Assembly (NCBI GenBank): GCA_963851265.1
Contig: CAWKNZ010000002.1
Location: forward strand, 1,312,001-1,376,000
Direction: 5' to 3'
Length of the DNA stretch: 64,000 bases
Origin: an uncultured Gemmatimonadales bacterium
GTDB lineage: Bacteria; Gemmatimonadota; Gemmatimonadetes; Gemmatimonadales; Gemmatimonadaceae
Shown: piece by piece, positions 57,753-64,000 of the stretch
Position numbering within the stretch: position 1 is the first letter of the stretch
Layout of the letters: each line of letters begins with the position of its first letter
Position numbers and translations under genes: made by a program
The notes under the pieces: model-generated
What the model saw: only the letters and a program-made list of their open reading frames with translations
Databases searched by the model: none
What the model was told of the DNA's origin: nothing

Positions 57753-57826
57753 CGCCCCCGGCAGGACTCGAACCTGCGGCCAACAGTTTAGGAAACTGCT
57801 GCTCTATCCACCTGAGCTACGGAGGC
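57753..57826 (-). tRNA. tRNA-Arg (anticodon CCT), CCA not encoded
   Basis: GCCTCCG/CGGGGGC acceptor stem, TAGCTCAGGTGGATAGAGC D-arm, anticodon loop TTCCTAA, GGTTCGAGTCC T-arm; upstream TAACTT -10-like box. Confidence 0.95.
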
Positions 57827-57921
57827 TGGGGGCCGTATCGTGCGGCCCGGTCGCAAGTTACGCCCGCTCGAGACGACCCGCTACCGAGGCGAACGCGCCG
57901 GCGCGAGTCCGATCTCCCGGA

Positions 57922-58602
57922 TCACTCAGCCCAACCCTGGCTGCCGAGCAACGGGACGAACCGAACCGGAGCCAGCTTCCGCGACGTCCGGCCATCGGCG
58001 ACTCGCTCGTACAACGTCAACGTTTGTTCGTCGCGAGTGCCGACGGGGGCCACCGCCCGCCCCCCCGGTGCAAGCTGCTCGGCGAGCGCCGGCGGCAGGT
58101 CCGGCGCTCCCGCACTCACGACGATCGCGTCGAACGGCGCGTACTCCCGCCAGCCGAGGGTACCGTCGCCGAGGAGGAGCGAGACGTTCCGGATCTGGAG
58201 CTTCTTGAGCATCTCGCGCGCGCGTTCGAACAGCGCTGGGACGCGCTCGATCGAGAACACCTGCTCCGCCAACTGCGACAGCAACGCAGTCTGGAACGCC
58301 GACCCCGTTCCGACCTCGAGCACACGCTCGCGCCCGGTGAGGCGCAGTGCCTGGAGCGAATGCGCGTGCACGCTCGGCTGCGAGATCGTCTGCCCCGCGC
58401 CGATCGGAAGCGCGCTATCGTCGTACGCGCGATGCGCCACACCCGTCGGTACGAACGCGTGTCGCGGAACCTGATCGAACGCGCGGAGCACGGCCAAATC
58501 GGTGATGCCGTTCACGCGCAACGCGTCGATCAGTCGCCGCCGCGCGCCGCGTAACTCGGTCCTCGTGACATCGACGGCGTCGGGCCGGGGCGGCGTACTC
58601 AC
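57922..58602 (-). CDS. pcm: Protein-L-isoaspartate O-methyltransferase
   Basis: VPRHAFV, AYDDSALPIGAGQTISQP, VLEVGTGS, APFDAIVVSA, VRFVPL. Confidence 0.95.
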   Translation of the reverse strand: MSTPPRPDAVDVTRTELRGARRRLIDALRVNGITDLAVLRAFDQVPRHAFVPTGVAHRAYDDSALPIGAGQTISQPSVHAHSLQALRLTGRERVLEVGTGSAFQTALLSQLAEQVFSIERVPALFERAREMLKKLQIRNVSLLLGDGTLGWREYAPFDAIVVSAGAPDLPPALAEQLAPGGRAVAPVGTRDEQTLTLYERVADGRTSRKLAPVRFVPLLGSQGWAE

Positions 58603-58640
58603 GACGCGCCTCTCACGACGAGCTCCTCACCGGCTGCACC

Positions 58641-59402
58641 TCACGGTGCGCGCCACCAGTCGCCGGCTGCCGACAGGAACTCGCGGTTCGTGAGGTCGAG
58701 GTGCAGTGGCGTGATCGACACGTAGCCGTCCCGCACGGTCTGGAAGTCCGAATCGGAGTCGCCCCGCCAGGTCGCGGACCCGCCCCCGATCCAGAAGATC
58801 TCCCGCCCCCACGGGTCACGCATCGGCGTCAGAGAATTCGAGTACACGCGTCGCCCGAGTCGCGTGAGCCGAATTCCCTTGACCTCCGACGCGGGAATCG
58901 GCGGCAGATTCACGTTCAACAACGTGTCTGGCGGCAACTCCGGGAGCGAGAGGACGTGGCGCAGCAGGTCGGCCAGCATGTCTACGGCCCCGTCGAGCGT
59001 CGACGGATCGGCCCGCAGGTCGCCGCCGGCGTACGAGATCGCGACCGCGGGAATGCCGAGCATCAGGCCTTCCATCGCGGCGGCGACCGTGCCCGAGTAG
59101 AGGACGTCTTCGCCCATGTTGGACCCGTGATTCACGCCGCTCAACACCACGTCCGGTCGCTCGGGCATGAGCGCCTCGACAGCCAGCATCACGCAGTCCG
59201 TCGGCGTACCGTCCACCTGCCAACGGCGCTCACCGCGCCGCACCGGTCGAACCGGGTGGTGCAGGGTCAGCGAGTGACTGGTCGCACTCTGCTCGCGGTC
59301 CGGCGCGACGACCGTCACCTCGCCGAGTCGTTCGGCCGCGCCGACGAGCGTGGCCAGACCGTGCGCGAGGATTCCGTCGTCGTTGGTGCAGAGCAGACGC
59401 AT
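58641..59402 (-). CDS. surE: 5'/3'-nucleotidase SurE
   Basis: TNDDG, VDGTPTDCV, SGVNHGSN...YSGTVAAAMEG, VSITPL. Confidence 0.96.
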   Translation of the reverse strand: MRLLCTNDDGILAHGLATLVGAAERLGEVTVVAPDREQSATSHSLTLHHPVRPVRRGERRWQVDGTPTDCVMLAVEALMPERPDVVLSGVNHGSNMGEDVLYSGTVAAAMEGLMLGIPAVAISYAGGDLRADPSTLDGAVDMLADLLRHVLSLPELPPDTLLNVNLPPIPASEVKGIRLTRLGRRVYSNSLTPMRDPWGREIFWIGGGSATWRGDSDSDFQTVRDGYVSITPLHLDLTNREFLSAAGDWWRAP

Positions 59403-59468
59403 GAAGCGGGGCCGTAGGACAGGTCTCGCGGTCGGACCGCGTGATGGCCGCCCGCCGACTCCCGGAAT

Positions 59469-59927
59469 CTACGCGGCCTGTCCGTCCCCGCGTCCGGAGG
59501 CGGCCGGCGAGTCGGCCGCCTCCGACTCGCCGGCCGCCTCCGACGCGCTCCGCACCGGGCGCCTCGCCTCGAGAACGTCGACGATGACGTCGAGTTCGCG
59601 CTCGATCCCGGCGAGCGTCTCCCGGCGCAGTGCGTCGCGCGCCGCCCCGCGTAGCCCGCCCGCGCGTCGGTGCTCGTCGAGCTTCTGGCGGGCGCCGTCG
59701 ACGGTGTACTTCTCGGTGTACAGCAGATGTTTGACGAGCAGCACGAGCTCGACCTCGCGGCGCGCGTACACGCGGTTGCCCGAGCGGTTCTTCGCAGGGT
59801 TCAGCACGCGGAACTGCGTTTCCCAGTATCGAAGCACGTGCGCCTTGAGCCCGGTCAGCGCGCACACGTCGCCGATCGAGAAGTATTCCTGGAGGACCTC
59901 GCCGCGCCCGCGGTTGTCGACGGTCAC
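59469..59927 (-). CDS. MerR-family HTH transcriptional regulator
   Basis: YFSIGDVCALTGLKAHVLRYWE...GNRVY; typical surE neighbour. Confidence 0.9.
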   Translation of the reverse strand: MTVDNRGRGEVLQEYFSIGDVCALTGLKAHVLRYWETQFRVLNPAKNRSGNRVYARREVELVLLVKHLLYTEKYTVDGARQKLDEHRRAGGLRGAARDALRRETLAGIERELDVIVDVLEARRPVRSASEAAGESEAADSPAASGRGDGQAA

Positions 59928-60955
59928 GCGTCCACCGCCGCAACCGTCCGATCCTGCTCGCCGCGCGGCGCGCGCGACATGAGGTCCACGACCGCCCCTT
60001 CGACCGACGCGCCCTCGAACAGCACGCGATGCACGGCGTTGACGATCGGCATCTCGACGGCCGCGCGCACGGCGAGGTCGCGGGCGCTGCGGGTCGTGAG
60101 CACGCCTTCGGCCACGGTCTCGCGCTCCGCGAGGACGTCATCGAGGCGGCGACCGCGACCGATCTCGACGCCGACGGTGCGATTGCGGCTGAGCGCGCCC
60201 GTACACGTCAACACGAGATCGCCCATGCCGGTGAGACCGGCGAACGTCGCCGGCGATGCCCCGAGTGCGACGCCGAGGCGCGTCATCTCGGCGAGGCCGC
60301 GCGTGATCAGGGCGGCGCGCGAGTTGTAACCGAGGCCCATGCCCTCGAGAATCCCCGTCGCGAGCGCCATCACGTTCTTGAGCGCACCTCCGAGCTCGAC
60401 GCCGAGCACGTCATCGTGCGTGTACACGCGGAACTCGGGCGAACTCAGGGCGTGCTGCACGTACGATGCGGCGGCCGCGCTGTACGAGGCCGCGACGACC
60501 GCGGTCGGCTGCCGCGCCGCGACCTCCGCGGCGAAGCTCGGTCCCGACAGCGCGACGACACGTCGGCCCGGCAGCACGTCGCCGATGACGTCCGTCATGA
60601 CCGAGAGCGTGCCCTGCTCGACGCCCTTGCTCGCGACCGCCACGATCGCGTCCGAGCGAACCGAGCGCTCAGCGGTCTGTGCGACCGATCGGAGGACGTG
60701 CGAAGGCGGCGCGAAGAGCACGAGCTCGCGATCGGCGACCGCGCGTTCAAGATCGTCGGTCGCGCGGACCGCCGAGGAAAGCGTGTGACCGGCGAGGAAC
60801 CGGCGATTCTCGGCGCGTGAGTTCACGTCGGCCACGACGTCCGCCTCCCGAGCCCACAGCACCACGTCGGACCCGTTGCGCGCGAGCAGGTCGGCGAGCG
60901 CCGTACCCCACGCGCCGGCGCCGACCACCGCGCAGCGCCCCGGCGCGCCGCTCAT
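59924..60955 (-). CDS. gpsA: NAD(P)H-dependent glycerol-3-phosphate dehydrogenase
   Basis: GAGAWGTALA, SKGVE, LSGPSFA, GGALKNV, GDLVLTC...SRNR. Confidence 0.96.
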   Translation of the reverse strand: MSGAPGRCAVVGAGAWGTALADLLARNGSDVVLWAREADVVADVNSRAENRRFLAGHTLSSAVRATDDLERAVADRELVLFAPPSHVLRSVAQTAERSVRSDAIVAVASKGVEQGTLSVMTDVIGDVLPGRRVVALSGPSFAAEVAARQPTAVVAASYSAAAASYVQHALSSPEFRVYTHDDVLGVELGGALKNVMALATGILEGMGLGYNSRAALITRGLAEMTRLGVALGASPATFAGLTGMGDLVLTCTGALSRNRTVGVEIGRGRRLDDVLAERETVAEGVLTTRSARDLAVRAAVEMPIVNAVHRVLFEGASVEGAVVDLMSRAPRGEQDRTVAAVDA

Positions 60956-61614
60956 GTCGCGCGCTCCACCGGTGCGGGCGGCAGGTCGGGCGTTGCCGGG
61001 CGAGCGGCGCGGCGGCGCATCATGCGCGACTCCTCGCCACGACGCAGACGCCCGATGTTCGCGCGGTGCGACCAGACGACGAACGCGGCGACGAGAACCG
61101 CTACCGGAAAGGCCGGCGCACGAACGCCCCTCGTCAGCGCCATCGCGCCGACCAGCACGGCGGCGGCGACGAGCGAGCCGAGCGAGACGTAGCCGCTCAC
61201 GGCAAGGGTTGCCGCGAACGCCGCGATCGCGACGAGCGTCGCCACGGGCGCGAGCCCGAGGAACACGCCTGCCGCCGTCGCGACGCCCTTGCCACCGCCT
61301 CCGCCGCGCCCGATCAGGAAGACCGGGACGACATGACCGACGATCGCCGCCACGCCATACGCCATCGCCCAGTGCGGATGCGCGCCGAACCAGCGGACGA
61401 AGAATGCCGCCGGCACGAACCCCTTCGCCGCGTCGATGAGGAACACCGGAACGCCGGTCCGCCATCCCAGGACGCGGAACGCGTTGGTCGCGCCGAGATT
61501 GCCCGACCCGTGCTGCCGAAGGTCGACGCCGTGCAGGCGTCCCGCGACGTACGCGGTCGGGATCGACCCGAGCAGGTACGCGGCGAGCAGGCCGACGAAC
61601 GGAAGCGGCGTCAT
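60952..61614 (-). CDS. plsY: Glycerol-3-phosphate acyltransferase
   Basis: YLLGSIP, GSGNLGATNAFR, GH...GGKGVAT, HRANIGRL. Confidence 0.95.
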   Translation of the reverse strand: MTPLPFVGLLAAYLLGSIPTAYVAGRLHGVDLRQHGSGNLGATNAFRVLGWRTGVPVFLIDAAKGFVPAAFFVRWFGAHPHWAMAYGVAAIVGHVVPVFLIGRGGGGGKGVATAAGVFLGLAPVATLVAIAAFAATLAVSGYVSLGSLVAAAVLVGAMALTRGVRAPAFPVAVLVAAFVVWSHRANIGRLRRGEESRMMRRRAARPATPDLPPAPVERAT

Positions 61615-61690
61615 ACTCAGCGACCGGGCGTCGTGCACGCGGCCGTCGCGCGCGACGGCCTAACGTTCACCGCGATCTCGCCCGCCGGCA

Positions 61691-63121
61691 TTAGCGGGCG
61701 CGGACGTGACCGCGTCCCCTGCCCTGCCCGGCGCGTCCGCCCTGATTGCCCGCGTCGCGCTCCGCGTTGCTGCTGCGCGCCTCGCCGCGTACGCGGCGGT
61801 TGTCGGTCGCCGGCGCGTTCTTCTGCCGGAGGACGATCTTGAGCGGGTTGCCGATGAAGCCGTACTCCGCGCGGAAGCCGTTGTGCAGATACCGGATGTA
61901 ATGCTCGGGCACGGCGTCCGGGTGGTTCGAGAATACCGCGATCACGGGCGGTCCGGTCTCGACCTGCGTCGCGTAATTCAGCTTGATCTCGTGGTGGCCC
62001 GCGGCCTGAGGCGGCTGTGTCCGCTGCACGAGCGACTCCAGCGTGTCGTTCACCTGGGACGTCGTGACGCGCTTGTTCCGCTCCGCCTCGACTTCCAGCA
62101 ACACGTCGAGGATCTTCGGCACGCGCTGTCCGGTCACGGCGGACGTGAAGAGGAACGGGACCCACGCGAGGTACGGCGCCTTTTCGACCGCGTCCTTCTG
62201 GAACTTGGCGGCCGTCTTGTCGCTCTTCTCCTTCAGGTCCCACTTGTTGACGACGAGCACGAGCCCCCGCCCGGCCTCCCAGGCGAGCGTCGCGATCTTC
62301 AGGTCCTGGTTCTCGAGGCCTAACGTCGCGTCGATCAGGAGAACGCAGACGTCCGCGCCTTCGATGGCGCGGCGCGTGCGCAACGACGAGTAGAACTCGA
62401 CGCCGTCGTCCACCTTGGACTGGCGACGCAGCCCTGCCGTGTCGACGAAGACGAGGTCGCGGCCGTGATACCGCATCGGCGTGTCGATCGCGTCGCGCGT
62501 GGTGCCGGCAACGTCGGTGACGACCAGGCGCGGCTCACCGAGGAGGCGGTTGACGAAGCTCGACTTGCCGACGTTCGGGCGGCCGATCACCGCGACGCGG
62601 AGCGCTTCGGGCGCGGCGTCCTCGCGCTCCGGCAGTCGTTCGACGACCGCGTCTAGCAGGTCACCCGACCCCTTGCCGTTGCCGGCCGACACGGGGACCG
62701 GGTCGCCCGCGCCGAGGCGGTAGAATTCGTAATAGTCCGTGCTCTTGGGATCGTCGACCTTGTTCGCGACGACGACGAACGGCTTGCCGCGGTCGCGGAT
62801 GAGGTCGACGAGTCGCGCGTCGCTCGGGTGCACGCCGACGCGCGCATCCGTCACGAGCAGCATCAGGTCCGCCTCCTCGATCGCCTGCAACACCTGCTTG
62901 CGGATCTCGACGTCCATCGGCTGCGACGAGTCCTCGATCAGGCCGCCGGTATCGACGAGCCAGAACGTCTGGCCGTTCCACTCGGCGCGCCCGAAGTGGC
63001 GGTCGCGCGTGGTGCCCGCCTCGTCGCTGACGATCGCGGAATGGTCGCCGATGATGCGGTTGAAGAGCGCGGACTTGCCGACGTTGGGACGCCCGACGAG
63101 GGCGACGACTGGGAGGCTCAT
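61691..63121 (-). CDS. der: Ribosome biogenesis GTPase Der (EngA)
   Basis: Two GRPNVGKS / GTTRD / DTxG / NKxD G-domains and KH-like C-terminus. Confidence 0.97.
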   Translation of the reverse strand: MSLPVVALVGRPNVGKSALFNRIIGDHSAIVSDEAGTTRDRHFGRAEWNGQTFWLVDTGGLIEDSSQPMDVEIRKQVLQAIEEADLMLLVTDARVGVHPSDARLVDLIRDRGKPFVVVANKVDDPKSTDYYEFYRLGAGDPVPVSAGNGKGSGDLLDAVVERLPEREDAAPEALRVAVIGRPNVGKSSFVNRLLGEPRLVVTDVAGTTRDAIDTPMRYHGRDLVFVDTAGLRRQSKVDDGVEFYSSLRTRRAIEGADVCVLLIDATLGLENQDLKIATLAWEAGRGLVLVVNKWDLKEKSDKTAAKFQKDAVEKAPYLAWVPFLFTSAVTGQRVPKILDVLLEVEAERNKRVTTSQVNDTLESLVQRTQPPQAAGHHEIKLNYATQVETGPPVIAVFSNHPDAVPEHYIRYLHNGFRAEYGFIGNPLKIVLRQKNAPATDNRRVRGEARSSNAERDAGNQGGRAGQGRGRGHVRAR

Positions 63122-63140
63122 GGTGTGACGCGGTGCGCCG

Positions 63141-64000
63141 TCAGGCGGCGGTGGAAAGGGCGGGACCGAGCACCGCGTCGCCTTCGAGCGCGAGTACGTC
63201 GATGAAGTCGTACGACGGGTAGACGGGCATCGGCAGGCGCTCGCGCACGGCCACGAACGCCGAGTCGTCGAGGAAGAGGCCGTCCTGGTTGATGCACTCG
63301 GCCGGCACGAGCGCGAGGTCGAGGTCGGCGCGCCCGGCGAGCGCGCGCTCGATGTCCGCGCCGACGAGCAGCCCCGCGGTCGTCGTCGTCGGCCCGAACA
63401 GCGAGTTGTCGGCGACGATCAACTCGAACGTCGCCCCGGTCCGCTCGGCGAGTTCGGCGAGCAACGGCGGCATGAGCGGCGCCATCGAGGTGCCGGTGAC
63501 CACGCCGATACGGCGGCGGTCGAGTCGCGGCAACTCCGCCGCGCCCTCCGCTACCCGTTGCCGCAGCGCCGCGACCGCGCCGACTCCGTTCTCGATTTGC
63601 GAGAAATCGCCGTAGTGCTCGGGCCCGGGGAGTGGGCGCCCGGAAAGCAAGTAGAGCTCGTCCGAGCCGAAGACCCAGCGGTCGCCGCGCTCCACGAGCG
63701 CCCGCTCCTCCCAGCGCTCGACCGCGGCGAGGACGCGCCCGGCGTTCGCCTCGTCCATCGGCCGGCCGGTGTACAGGTGCGAGAACTGCGTCACGCCCAC
63801 GGGCACGAGTGCGACCGAAAGGACCGCGTTGCCTAACGCGTACAGGTCCCCGAGACTCGCCTCGAGCACGTCGCCGTCGTTCAGCCCGGGCACCACCACC
63901 ATCTGGCAGTGAAACTGGATGCCGCCGGCGGCGAGCCGCGTGAGCTGCTCGACGATGTTGGGCACCCGGGGGTTGTTCAGGAGCACCTTTCGCGCGTCCC
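63141..64000 (-). CDS. DUF512-domain protein (5'-partial)
   Basis: HCQMVVVPGLNDG, VPVGVT, SDELY, QIENGVG, AGLLVG, FLDD; family commonly found upstream of der. Confidence 0.82.
   Translation of the reverse strand, partial: DARKVLLNNPRVPNIVEQLTRLAAGGIQFHCQMVVVPGLNDGDVLEASLGDLYALGNAVLSVALVPVGVTQFSHLYTGRPMDEANAGRVLAAVERWEERALVERGDRWVFGSDELYLLSGRPLPGPEHYGDFSQIENGVGAVAALRQRVAEGAAELPRLDRRRIGVVTGTSMAPLMPPLLAELAERTGATFELIVADNSLFGPTTTTAGLLVGADIERALAGRADLDLALVPAECINQDGLFLDDSAFVAVRERLPMPVYPSYDFIDVLALEGDAVLGPALSTAA

Noticed and set aside
57753..57826. tRNA as the integration site of a genomic island
   Set aside because: No duplicated tRNA 3' end seen, and the flanks are core genes with normal composition.
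58598..58645. Short CTCACGACG / CCTCAC direct repeats between surE and pcm
   Set aside because: Explained by stop, SD and GTG signals on the minus strand; too short to call.

Overview
High-GC (roughly 70-73% by eye) bacterial core chromosome. Gene content and order suggest a diderm such as Gemmatimonadota (inference only). From 1 to 56.8 kb almost all genes lie on the + strand: sdhCAB, the full nuoA-N complex I operon, PMM/PGM, UPF0182, sucCD, a PTS-EIIA/CBS fusion, ndk, yceD-rpmF-plsX-fabHDG-acpP-fabF-ispF-dedA-xerD-trpG/pabA, an outer-membrane protein, kdsB-pyrG-kdsACD-lptC-lptA-like-lptB-rpoN, a five-gene envelope glycosylation cassette and dapF. Only dcd and terC are reversed. From 57.0 to 64 kb everything is on the - strand: TPR protein, tRNA-Arg(CCU), pcm, surE, MerR, gpsA, plsY, der, DUF512. 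The two blocks converge on a 28-bp dif-like XerCD site (56948-56975), so the window probably spans the replication terminus. I found no mobile element, CRISPR array or defence island. The strongest non-obvious signals are: (1) an over-represented non-palindromic motif (C)GTTAGGC, 21 copies counted by eye, written into genes through rare codons in several frames; (2) a palindrome and two DnaA-box-like repeats beside dif; (3) a sigma54 -24/-12 promoter in front of the Kdo/Lpt operon that contains rpoN; (4) a Rex-type operator at nuoA; (5) unusual architectures: EIIA-CBS between sucCD and ndk, LptB with a ~150-aa N-terminal domain, and a beta-helix plus Omp85-like barrel protein. All calls come from reading motifs by eye; no database search was run.
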